The position numbers and the translations under genes are program-made. From assembly GCA_039621445.1 (NCBI GenBank), contig CP154954.1, positions 32,713,455 through 32,777,454 on the forward strand: a stretch of DNA of 64,000 nt, written 5' to 3'. Shown here in pieces: positions 1-12,600 of the stretch. The stretch's first letter is position 1. Each line of letters starts with the position of its first letter. The notes under the pieces are model-generated. The model had not been told where the DNA came from, ran no database searches, and saw only the letters and a program-made list of their open reading frames with translations. Source of the DNA: Euglena gracilis (Eukaryota).

Positions 1-574
1 CTTTGGTACCAGGTGGCGGTGTGGCTGTTGTGGCGGGGGCATAGTCACCTTACTTGTTCAGGATCATGCGGTCCGTGGCTCTTTCGGCCAACCGCAACTG
101 CCGTGCTACTGCACGAGTCAGTGTGATGGCCAAGTTTCCAGTCATTTCTTGAAACTTTCGTTGTTTGGTTGTACCTAAGTAAGAGTTGGTCGCGAGGCGT
201 AGCACATCACGGAGGAGTTTGGAGGCTGTTGGCCCCGTGCACCCCCACGGGTTGAAGGCTGCCCCAATGTTCTCCCATTGGTGGCGTGCACCGATCTTCA
301 GCCTGGGATCGTTTGTGCATTTCAGCGTCCGGTAAAGTACGCTGAACTCGGGTCAAGTTCAGAGGCCATCGTGAGGTTGCCAGAATTAGCAATGAGCCAG
401 AGCAAGAAATTAAGAAAGAACTTCAAATTAGGAATTGACCCTATGGTTTCCAGGGAGAGAAAAGCAGGGACAAAAAAAGGAAAAACCCCGAGAGACAAAC
501 CTTTTAAGAAATAAATATTTTTTGAATTTAAACTTGCTTACTGCTTTAAATGGCGTTTTGAATGGACGCTGTGG

Positions 575-590
575 TTTCTGTCACTTTCAG
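575..590 (+). promoter_or_regulatory. Putative SL trans-splice acceptor of RRM paralog A
   Basis: Pyrimidine tract plus CAG 12 nt before the ATG. The same arrangement precedes the starts at 16856 (AG 16840), 21344 (AG 21324) and 35087 (AG 35076). Euglenozoan mRNAs are trans-spliced. Confidence 0.5.
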
Positions 591-602
591 GGATATTCCA
601 AC

Positions 603-3600
603 ATGGAACTCACAATCCCTGAAGCATCTACAACTATTTGTGTCGGAAACCTTCCCGACTATATGAGCAGGAATCACTCTCCAGTGAGATTTCTTGCTCT
701 TTTTTTGATTGGTTCCTGTTGTAAACTGCTCGTGAATTCCGCCTTATGTTCAAATTCGCAAACGGTGTCCAACGGTGCATCATCAATCACACCAAGGCTG
801 GACACCAGGTTGGTTATGCAAGGTTTGGAACGGCACAAGAAGCACAAGCCGCCATTGAATGGCTTGCGCAGGGCTGCTGAAAATGATATGAAGTTTTATA
901 TGAAATTTTCAACCTGACAGCTTCCCTGATGCTCACGGATACCCGATTGACGAGGACTTCCCAAACACTTTGAAAGTTTTCATGTCTTCAACTCAATTGC
1001 GCGATGCCCTTCCTGGCACCCGACCAAAGCGCCCGCTGGACAATGGTTTTGGCGCACCTGCAGCGAAATTCCCACGTTTGGGGGGAGTGCACAGAATTTG
1101 ACAACTGTTCAAATGTGCTTGTGAGAGGCCCAGGTTTCTCTGAGCACTTTTTCTGATCTGCAAAGTGTGAGAACCATGAGGAAGTCAAATCAACCTGGAA
1201 CCTCACTAATGGAAATGAACCAGTTGTGATGTTGTTTGATTTTGGTTTTTGCTTGTTCAAAAAATCGGAAGAAACAAAGAAAATTTTGTTTTTGGCAGGG
1301 ACTCTATTCTTTGGACAACTTGTCTTTGGTAAACCGTCATTGTCAAAAAAAAGGACTTCGGTGCCCTGAGGTGCTTGGGCCACCTCTTCAACCAAGCCAC
1401 CTCGTTTCACCTCATGTCAAATTCTGAAATGCCTTTTGCTGCAGCTCCTGGGTTCATTGGTGGCCGTGGTTTTGGCAAAGGTGTTGGAAAAGGCCGTGGG
1501 AAAGGTGGTGCACAGGCTGAATTTCAAGGCAATGCCGACCGGGGGTTCCTGCCAGGCTGTATTTTAGTCGGGTGCCGACCCCACCCCGGGGGGGGGGGGG
1601 CAGGCACTCCAAGGGGTACTTGTCTGTTAGTCGATCCACGGCAGTGCATCAAGTCTGTTAGTCGATCCACACCCTATTCAACCCTATTCAATAGGAATGA
1701 CCACTTTCAGTGCAAAACAGGATGTGTGACGTCATAATTTGACCATGTGACGTCATACACAAGCAAAATGATGACCGTATGACGTCATACTTGAATGTGT
1801 GACCCAGGGATGACGTCATAAGGTCCAAATCAGCTGCATATTTGACGTCATCAAAGCATAGGGGAAGAAAGGGTGTGGATCGAGTCGTTTTGCCGTGGAT
1901 CGACTAACAGACAAGTACCCTCCAAGGCCCCCCTGATCCGACCGTAGGGCACATGGCCAAAAGTGCCCTGGCACAACCCCGGCGCCGGGGAGCCAAAAAT
2001 GGCCTATCCTCAAAGGAATGTGCCTGGGCACAGACCGAAATCCGACCCCCCCCGGGGGGGTAGTGCCCAGGATTTGATATAAGGAGGGCGTACATGGTTT
2101 AGGTGGGGGGGGGTGTCCCCCACCCCCCACCCCTCCTGGCCCGCAGGGGGGGCCGGACCACCCCACCTGCCTGGGGGGTCCGGACCGACCCTGGGGACCC
2201 GGGACCCCTCCCCAAAAGGGTCATTTTTTCCTCCGGCACTTTGCGTCGAAAATTTTTGCATTTTTGGCAAATTTTTGCCCACAGAGTCCCAAAATGGCAC
2301 TTTTGGTCGTTTTGGGGGGTCAAAAATTGGTACTTGTCTGTTATCGTACGACATACCCCCCCCTTTTGGTTATGGTACGACGCCCTTTGAACGGCCAGAA
2401 TGCTTTCCCTTGGGGTCTGTTTCAGCCCTTTTGGGTGGTTTTTGGGGTTATTTGAAGGGGGATAGGGTTAGGGTTTCGAATGGCCCTGCCGTACCCCTTG
2501 GAACACACAAGGGGAAACCCCAAAGGCGGCAGACTGGCAGGGAGAAAGAAAGATAAAGCCCGCCGACCCTTCCGGCCCCAAAGGGGGATTTGCCATCCTG
2601 AACAGGCATTTTGCCCAAATTTGGCCGGATTCCAAAAAAAGGCTGAAACCGTGTTTGGGCCGATTTCGAGACTTTAAAAGTCTTAAATCTTCGCCCAAAA
2701 CACGGTTTCAAACAAGAACAGTGTTTTGGGCCAAGGTTTTAGGGGGGCCCAGGGGCGACCACGGCGCCTTTGGCGCCGCGGTCCCCGCCCCTGGGCTCCC
2801 CCTAACTCTTGGCCCAAACACAGTTCTTGACACAGAAACTTCACCAGGATGGGTCCTTACCCTAACCCCATTCCTCCCAATAACCCTATATAGGCACCGG
2901 AGGAGGAAATGAAGGCGTCGTACCATAACCAAAAGGGGGGGGTATGTCGTACGATAACAGACAAGTACCCAAAAATTTTCGGTCACCCAGACCGAGCCAC
3001 TGTTTAGGTGGGGGGGTGTCCCCCCCCCCCTCCTGGCCCAGGGGGGTCCGGACCCCCCCCCCCACCGTCCTTATATCAACCCTGGTAGTGCCTGCCTGAG
3101 CAGGCACTCTGGACCAGGGTTGGTAAAAAAAACAGCATTTTGGGCACTTTTTGGCCCACGACCTGGCAGGCACTGCCCCCCCCCCACCTGCCTAAATCAC
3201 TCCCAGACCCCCTCCCCCAATTTCAATTTCAGCCTGGTGGTGTAGCCTCCAGCCCCTCATCCGTTTATGTTGGAGGTGTACCCCATGACTGGGATGAGCC
3301 CAGGGAAGTGCCAAGTGTTTCCAGAGCACAGACGCAGCATACTTCCAACACACCCCACCATCCGTTACTTGGGGGGTCAGGCCCAGGCAATTGCTTAAGC
3401 ACTGACCAACCAACCCCCCCCCCCCCCCCGGGGTGGGTGACTGGTTTTTTCAAAGTGACTGACTGGTTTTGGGGTCGGCCAGGAGTGGGCAAAAGTGGCT
3501 TGAGTGACCCCGGCGCCAAAGGCGCCGGAAAATTTTTTTGGGCCTTAACTGGTCTAAAGTGACTGGAAAGTGGCCGTTTTTCTGAGTGGCCGACCCCCCC

Positions 3601-6600
3601 CGCCCCGGGTGACTGGCTGGTTTTTTGAAAATGAGTGACTGACTGGTTTTTAAAAAAGTGGAGTGACCCCCCCCCCCCGGGGTCGGTAAGCAATTGTATG
3701 GTCAGGCCGATCAAGATCTTCTCATGCAAAAGCAAAAATCTTCGGTCCCAACCTGCCTTTTGAGCCAAGCCCAATTGCCCGGAGAAACCAACCCACCCAA
3801 AAGGGGGGGTCCGCACCCCTCCAGTCCCGGAGAGTGACACCCCCGCTTAAGAGAGAGTGACACCCCATCCAGGCCCTGGGGGGGGGGGTGGGTGCTGGGG
3901 TTTTCAGTGTGACTGACTGGTTTTTGGCCCGGACCCCTCCCCCGGGGGGGGTTGGCAAAAAAACCACAAAACTGACCCAGCCGGAAATTTTTTTTGCAAT
4001 TTTTTTCATGTTTTGGGCCAAGTTTCCCTTGGATTCCAGAGTGACCGACCCCCCCCCCCCCCCGGGGGGGGGTCGTGGCTGACTAGCTTCCCGAAAAAAG
4101 TGACTGAAGGATGGCCAAAACGCGCACCCTAACAAAATCCCTTTGTGTGTGCACCCAGATGAACTTACCCTCACCCCCCCCCCCCTATTTGGCCCCTCCC
4201 CTAATTGGCTTATTGGGGTCCCGTTGGATGGTCCATTAGCCAATTAGGGGGGGGGTCAGGCTTATTGGCCATTGGCCGGGGTAACCCCCCCCCTAATTGT
4301 CCCCCCCCCCTAATTGGGGGTCCGAAGGAGCCCGGCCATTAGCCAAATAGAGGGGGGGGTGAGGGTAATGAAGGTGTCTGGTAGGTAAAATAGCCCCTCT
4401 GTATGTTCCACAGGGTTTGGCCAAGGGTTTTTATGCTTCTGAAATGGAAAACCATGGAGGTCGTTTCCACCGACCATATGGTCCGGCCAACCATGGTCGG
4501 CCCGACCTATTGTCAAAAGTCCTTTGAAAAGGGGGGGGTAATGCGGTTCATTGGCTACCACCTCCCTCCCCCCTAATTGAACCCCCCCCCAAATGACCAA
4601 ATGCCCCGGGGAAATTTTTTTCTACACACAAATTGTGGCTGAGCCCAGATTTCAGCCTGAAAACGTGTTCAGCCAGGGGGCCCCCCGAAGGGAATTAAGA
4701 AGTCAGACCTTGTGTCAAGAACTGTGTTTGGGCCAAGAGTTAGGGGGAGCCCAGGGGCGGGGACCGCGGCGCCGAAGGCGCCGCGGTCGCCCCTGAGCCC
4801 CCCTAAAACCTTGGCCCAAAACACTGTTCTTGTTTGAAACCGTGTTTTGGGCGAAGATTTAAGACTTTTAAAGTCTTGAAATCGGCCCAAACACGGTTTC
4901 AAAATGGGGCCTGATTTTGGCCCTAATTTGAATCAAATTTAGGCCTGGCAACCCTGATAACCCTAAAATTTCCGCCTTGGAAAATATAAAAAAATTCAGA
5001 TGGCGGCCCCATGCCGAACAAGTACCACTGACCCCCCTTAGGACCGACTTTCCGGGTTTCTGGGACCCCCCAAATGGTCAAATTTTCCTTTCCGGCGCCT
5101 TGCACCAACTTTTTTGGCATTTTTGGCAACTTTGCCAAAACAGAATTCCCGGCTCCGTGCGGATTTCCGGTGGTTGCCGTCGTGGTGGTCGGGCCGACCA
5201 TGGTCGGCCCGACCTGTGGTGGTGGTCGACCGACCTGTGGTGGTCGGGCCGACCAGGTCGGGCCGACCACCATTTTTTTGCACTACCCCCCCCCTTTTTT
5301 GCATTTTTAAGCCCCCCCCCCCCTGGTCGGTGGGTGGTCGGTGGCTGGTCGGTGGGCATAAAAATGGTCTGTGAAGGCCCCAAATCACCCGGAAATGCAC
5401 TTATGGCCAGTTCTCCCCCCCCAGGACCATGCCCTGGGGGGGTCCTGGGGGGGGGGTCTGGGGGGGTCCTGGGGGGACCTGGGGGGGACCTGGGGGAGTC
5501 CTTTGGAGGGTGCTGGGGGGGTGCTGGGGGGGTCCTTGGTGGGTCCCGCATTTTTTGGCAGAAATTTTGCAGCACAAGTTCAGGTTATTCTAAAGTGGGT
5601 ACCGCCCCCCGGTGGGTCCTGGGGGGGTCGTAGGGGGAAACTGGCCATGACTCTCACGAGAGGCAGAAAACTCCCCCGTCCACCCGATCCGAAGTTTTCT
5701 TTCAGGGGGGGTTTAAAAGTCGGCAGTTGACTCAGTAGCACAGAGTGGGTAGTTTGCCGACTAGTCGGCCAACTGGCCCCCCCCCCCTGTCTCACCGACT
5801 AGCTTAGGCGGCCAATTAGGACAGTGTTTTTTGCCACCAGTGGCATAAATTTACGCTGTGTTGTGCAGGTGGCTTTTTCAGGCATTTTAATTTTCTAGTT
5901 GTTAAGTTTTACTGGAAGTTTGCTTTCCTAATGCTCCTGTGAAATTGTTCTCTCTAGTGCAGCCCTCAGATTTGTCCACGGTTTCTTGCATGACATTGAT
6001 GTTTGCTTGTTGGAAGGTGTGCCCTGTGTGAAGTAGTTCTGGATGTCGTTCTGATTTATGTCGCTTGTATGCTGAAATTGGGGTGTTTTGCCATACATTC
6101 TGTTGTTTTTTGATTGGATTTTTGTCCAGGTGTAATTGCTTGTGGTCAATTTTTTTGTTCCTGATGCGACACTGCCAACGCCCTCTTTTTTTCAAGGAAC
6201 GTGTGCGTTGCTTGCGGTTCGCTCGCATGTTGTTTGTGAATGTCATTATATTTGATGGTGTTTCTTACAGTTGATGAATTTCTCTTTGTTTCTGTGGGGA
6301 CAGTGTTGCTTTTTTGATTTGATTTGAATTTCACCTGCTTCAGTTCTTTTATGTGTTTCTGAAAGAGAGTTGTTCCACTGGTGGCGTAATTGAGCACTTT
6401 TTGAAGCACAAATTACTGTTTTATGCCACTAGTGGCATAAAACAGTAATTTGTGCTTCAAATGTACCCTTTTTTGAGACTCCTCTTCTGTGTGCTTGGTG
6501 GATGCTGTTTTAGGGTGTGATCCCCGTGTCCCCCCCCGTGTCCCCCCCCCGTGTCCCCCCCGTGTCCCGCACTTCAGGGGGGTCCCTAGAAGGCGGCCAA

Positions 6601-9600
6601 GGCAACATGCAGCATGAATTTTTAGCCGTTTGGCATCATTTTCTACTTTTTTTTCATGGATTCTCAAGGCCATTTTGACTTCCCCCCACCCACAATCCCT
6701 TTTTTTTCACCTAGGATGGTATGGAGCTTGGCTCGGGGTCAATGTGAAATGAATTTTTGGTCCCTCAAAAAGTCACAAATTTCGTCCCGGAAGGTCCCGA
6801 AAACAGGCATGTTTCCCCCGTGTCCCCCCCCCGTGTCCCCCCCCGTGTCCCCCCCGTGTCCCGCCCCACCCCCTTACAGTTACATACCTGAAAAGGCTTA
6901 TTTTTTGGTCAACAGCTGATTGTTTTTGCCACTAGTGTCAAAAGGCGCTCTGAATGTCTGATGACGTGTCTAATTCTACTTTTCTGCCATTTGTGTCATA
7001 AAAAAGGAACGTGATCTGAAATGAAGTGTATGTTTGTATATGTTTGCGTTCGTATGAATGAAGCCAGTGACGTGCGGTTTCCTTGCCGGAATGCATTCAT
7101 CTTCGTTTTCTACCTTGCAGGTGTGGTTCAAGACCAGAAGTCGTTTGAAGCCCATCCACTAGCACGCCCCCGAGAGGAACGCAGCCATTCTCTGATTCTG
7201 CCCAAGTGGTGTTCCCGTGACATGCGCACTGAACGTGAGTGGTGAGTGTTGTCCCCCCTCCATGAAACCCCTCCATTAATTTGGAAAAGAATGGCTGCGT
7301 GGGCCGAAATGTGACAGCATGTTTCTGTGCGCCTGTGTGTGTGCACGTTGCTGTCCCAATGGAGGGAAAGGGAAGGACTCAAGGGACACTCAAAGGGACT
7401 GCTGAAGACGACCGTCAGGAATTTCTCTGTGCCACATGCTTCGCAGACAGACTGAAGGTTGGGATTCCAATGCAACCTTCCGTGTGCGTGGATTTGACAC
7501 AAATTTCTATTTTGAATACTGCGCCACCCCCCCCCCCCTTTCACACACCGCCAAAAGGAGGCCCAAGGTGAATGTGACGATAATCCACTGAGCCTCAATA
7601 CCATTTAGGCAATTTGCAAGACCCACTCCATCAGTCAGGTTTTGTCCGCATTCAACAATCAGTCCAGCGTTGCCAAGGACAATATATTGCCTGTGTGATA
7701 TGATCATCTGGGATGATGGGACTGGGGAATTTTTTGGATGGTTCAGAATGTCCATGCACAGATGGATAATGGGAGAACACATTTTGGAGAGCAATCCGGA
7801 GCCTCATGCAAAAACACCAGTGTATGCACTCTTCATTACCATGTGCGCTCGCCAGTTTTTCATTCTTCCTTTCCATCACAGCTTCCAATCCCCCTCCGCA
7901 TGTTCGCTGGGACGCATTGCACCAAGTGCAGATGATCAAGGTATGCTCTGGTCCATGGAAACAGAGTGAGCAGTGTCCTATGACCTGAAATTTCCCTTCC
8001 TGGGTACATTTTTAGAGGCCTGGAGCAAGATGCATACTGGCGTGTAAAATCCCATTTCATGGGAAAAATGATGCCCACACAGAAGGGTGCAACAAGGACG
8101 TACACACGAAACATGTCACGCACATCGTCCACAGAGCGCTTGTGAGTCAAAAACTTTATGCCACTAGTGGCATAAAGTTTTGTCCTAATTGGCCGCCTAA
8201 GACTAGCTGCCGACTAGGCCAACCGACCAATTGGCGTCGTCGGTCGGCCAAACCCTAACCCTAACCAATTGGCTAGTCAGCCGACTAGTCGGCCGACTAG
8301 CCAGCCCCCCCTTCCAGCCTGCCACCAAACAGTTGAATGGTCGATCGACCAGCTGAAGGGTCGGTGACTGATGCGTGAAAAAGTGGTGCCTGCAGGGGAC
8401 CAGCTACCCCAAAGAGGCGCCCAACTAGGGTTAATACACATTGGGGGACCCTCGCTCGGCGCCTTTGGCGCCTCGCTCGGGTCCCCCAATGTTTTTAACC
8501 CTAGTTGGGCGCCTCTTTGGGTTCGCTGGGTCCCCTGCAGACACCAGTTTAACGACGTTGAGGGGATGGGATGGGACAGTTAGGGATGGAAACTTGACCC
8601 TAACCCTACTCCTTTAAATAACGTCATCAATTTTTCAAGTTCTGAATTGCAGCGGCCTTCGGCCGCTGCGCGGGCTTCGGCCTTCGGCCGATGCACGGCC
8701 TTCGGCCAGGCGGCCTTCGGGGCGCATGGCGGTAGATTGGCAGGGGGGGGGTAGTCGGTCGACTAATGGTCGGTAGCTAGTTGGCGAGACGGGGTGGGGG
8801 GGTATTGGGTTGTTGGCCGACTGGTTGGTCTGAATTGCAGCGGCCTTCGGCCGTTGCGGTGGCCCTCGGCCGCTGCGCGGCCTTCGACCAGGAGGCCTTC
8901 GTGGCGCATGGCAGTAGACTGGGGGGTGGGGGGGGGAGTCGGCCGACTAATGGTCGGTAGCTAGTGGGCGAGACGGGGTGAGGGGGGGAGTCGGCCGACT
9001 AATGGTCGGTAGCTAGTGGGCGAGACGGGGTGGGCAGGGATGGATGGGAAGCCCTTCGGTATTGAGGTAGGTGGTAGGGGGGGGTCCCGACCACCCCCCC
9101 CCCCCTAGGGGGGTAAGGGGGGAGGGGGGGGGCACGGACCACCCCCCCCCCCCCCTAGTTGTTGGGAGGGGGGGTCCGGATCCCCCCGCCCCCCCCTCCT
9201 TTACAGGTGCCAAAAATAGCAGAAAATTTTCTTCCGGCGCTGCGCGCCGGAAAATGAGCAAAAACACCCCTTTTTGCTGACTTTTGGACATATTGCCCTT
9301 TTTTTGATGTGTTGGTGTTTTCCCCAAAAAAATTGTTCAAAAATTTCAAAAAACGAGCATTTTTGGATCGATTTTCAAAGAAAAATCAGGGATTTTTGAC
9401 CGATTTTGACCCGATTTCCGGCCCTTTGCCCGTCCATGAAATCGAAAAATTTTCGGCCCCCCCTCAGTTTCGAGGTAGGAGGGGGGGGTCCGACCCACCC
9501 CCCCCCCCCTCCGTGTCGGGAGGGGGGGGTCCGACCCACCCCCCCCCCCTCAAGGCTTCCCATCCATCCCTGGGGGTGGGGGGGTATTGGGTAGTCTGAC

Positions 9601-12600
9601 TACCCACTCTAATATACTAACGGGTCAGTACCGCCGACATTTGAAGAAAATCCCATGCAAACAAGTCGGTGGCTGGTCGGTGGTTATAAACATGGTCTGT
9701 GGCGGGCCCAAATCACCCGGAAATGGTCCGGATGGGTCCAAATAAGTGTCTTACGCCTAAATAAACACCCCCAGATGGAAATCTTTGGTCGGTGGGGGGT
9801 CAGTGGACCCTTGATGGGGGTCCGGAGGGGTAAAAAAACAATGATGAAACAGGGATTACATGAAAATCCTTTAGAAATGCAAGCAATGTGCATCACGAGA
9901 GGCAGGAAACTCCTCCCTCCACCCCCATCCGAACGTCAAATAACAAAATCCCTTCTGAGTTGGCAACATGCTCGGGGGATAAGTAGTTTTTGTGGCTCAC
10001 TTTTTCATAGGCGGGGGGGGGGGCTCCGCCCCCCCCCCCCCCGCACCCCCCCCCTCAAATAACAAAATCCCCTCTATGTTGGCAACATACTTGGAGGGCT
10101 AAATCCTTTTTGTGCAAAATTTTGCAATTATATTGAAAATCCGATGGGGAGTGGTGTTCTTTTGCCAAAAGTGGCCCAAAATGGGCATTTCCCCCCCCAA
10201 GTTTTTGCATATTCACCCCGATTGGTGGGTTCTGGAGTCATTTAAGTGGGTTTTGACTGGTTTTGGGGTGATTTGGACAAAAAAAAATTTCAGGGGGGGG
10301 GGCGTAAATTTCCAGAAGGGGGGGGGTAGTGCAAAAAAATGGTGGTCGGGCCGACCAGGTCGAGGTCGGCCCGACCACCACAGGTCGAACATGGTCGGCC
10401 CGACCATTGGTCGGGCCGACCACCTGGTCGGGCCGACCATTTCGGGCCGACCACCACAGCGACCACCACCGGAAATCCGCTCGGGGCCACATTGGCCAGA
10501 ATTCCCCAAATAATACTCCCAGGATATTTTGGTCCACCAAAGTCCTCCCGAAGGGGGAAGGGGGGGGGTATTTGGCGAAAATTTTCGTATTTGTATGTTT
10601 GGTTGTGAAATGCAAATGGCAAAATTATCCTTAAACCCCCCATAGTCCCCCTGGCTTTATATGTAAATTTTTTTCGTTGTTTTGGATGATAATATTCATC
10701 AAGTTTCTACTTGGCCTCCCAGGGGGGGGGGGGGGCAAGTAGAATGTCCAGGGGGCTCCGCAAAAATTTTGGGTGTTTGGAGTTCGGCCCAACTTTAGGC
10801 CTTACTCAAAGAGGGTTAGGTGTAAAAGTTAGGCCGAACTCCTAACCCAAACCCTACTCCATCAGTAGCGCAAAAATGTTTTTGACCCCCTGGCTGGGGC
10901 AAGTGGAATCTTGTTGCCGATTATTTATCAAAGGCATTTACAAGGTTTGGCAATTTGATTAATGTCGCAATGGTGCTCCTTGTGATATTTGGGAATTTCC
11001 AAATTGTTTCATTATAAAACAATGTCAACGGAAGGCTGGCAGGTGTGATGGACACATGGCACCCATTTCCAACAACCAAGCGGAGATTCAAAGTGGCTCT
11101 TCTCTTCAATTGACTGCCCTCCAGTCCCTGTTTGAAGGATTTGGAACAATCACCAAAGTGCAGCTCACTCGTGGAAGCAACCCAGTTGGGAACACCCAGG
11201 GATGTTTGCAGTGGAGGCTGTTTCTCATCGATTCCATTGATAGGGAAAAGGTAATGACCCATTCTGTAACAACTGAGCGTTATACGCTTGCACTGCTCAA
11301 GAGACCTCGATGACGATTGAGGTTTTTCAAGTTGTTGGTTCACAATCATCGCAAATGAAAGATGTGGTTGACTGAAAATGTCGTTGTGACATTCCAAGGA
11401 GGAACCTGCTGCAGCAATGCAAAAGTGTGCTATCGAGTGAAGGCTTTTCTAAACTCAGAAGACCCCCGGCGGGGTCACAGACCAGAAATTTTTTTTAAGT
11501 TTCATGACCCGGTGGATGGGTCCCGGCTGAACCCCCTGGGGGGGTGGGGGAAGGGCGAGTGGGAACCATGCCCCCCAGGGATGATGGGAAGCCCTTCGGT
11601 ATTGAGGTAGGTGGTAGGGGGGGGGTCCCGACCACCCCCCCCCCCCTAGGGGGGTAAGGTGGTAGGGGGGGGTCCGGACCACCCCCCCCCCCCTAGATGT
11701 TGGGAGGGGGGGTCCGGACCCCCCCACCCCCCCTCCTTGACAGGTGCCAAAAATAGCAGAAAATTTTCTTCCGGCGCGCAAAATGAGCAAAAACACCCCT
11801 TTTTGCTGACTTTTGGACATATTGCCCTTTTTTGATGTGTTGGTGTTTTCCCCCAAAAAATTGTTCAAAAAAATTCAAAAAATGAGCATTTTTGGATCGA
11901 TTTTCAAAGAAAAATCAGGGATTTTTGACCGATTTTGACCCGATTTCCGGCCCTTTGCCCGTCCATGAAATCGAAAAATTTTCGGCCCCCCCTCAGTTTC
12001 GAGGTAGGAGGGGGGGGGGTCCGACCCACCCCCCCCCCCCCGTGTCGCGAGGGGGGGGGTCCGACCCACCCCCCCCCCCCCTCCGTGTCGGGGGGGGTCC
12101 GACCCACCCCCCCCCCCTCAAGGCTTCCCATCCATCCCTGATGCCCCCCCGAGCTATTCCCATGGGGCGGGCGGGATTAGGTCACTGTCATAGCACTTTT
12201 TATGAAGAAAGTCCAAAAAGTGCAGTCCAAAAAAGCGCAGGCCAAAATTGACGTTTTTTTGGACGTTTTCAAAAAGCACTTTTTGTCAAAAGTGCTCAAT
12301 ATTGACCATTTGGAATAGCTCGGGGGAGTATGGTGCCCCGCTGGAGGCAGGGTTTTCTTCTATTCGCGCCGATGTTTTTTTCGGACCCCAAAATTGACCA
12401 CAAAGGTGCCCCCCCCCCCCCCCGGAAGCCGAGTGTTTTGGTCCAGACCCCCCCCCCCCCGCTGGGTCCTAAAAAACCCTCTGACACAGATGGGCTGGAG
12501 GCGTTTCGGTTTTCAGTGCGAAGTGCCGAAGAGAAATGCAAAAGAAACCTCATTTCCACCTCGGCTCACAGCGCCGGAGGAAATTTTTTCCCAGTCTGGG

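Larger units (their letters stand above)
1510..3241 (+). other. Nonconventional intron with retained TSD, absent from paralog B
   Basis: gcaCAGGCTGAAT...TTCAGCCTGgtggt. Flanking 8-mers gtggtgca (1505-12) and gtggtgta (3237-44). Joins KGG|VASSPSSVYVGG in frame. Confidence 0.88.
3298..11111 (+). other. 7.8 kb nonconventional intron, same position as 392-nt intron 19176-19567 of paralog B
   Basis: A: gccCAGGGAAGTGCCA...TGGCTCTTCTCTTcaatt. B: gagCAGGACGG...CCGTCCTGtcccc. Both give GA|G (DWDE-TALQ). Confidence 0.82.

Noticed and set aside
1-514. Possible 3' exons of an upstream gene
   Set aside because: Coding-like composition, but no recognisable protein or resolvable junctions.
8253-8265. CCCTAA/TTAGGG telomere-like units (also ~2467, 8598, 10815)
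   Set aside because: Only one or two units each, lying within repeats; not an array.
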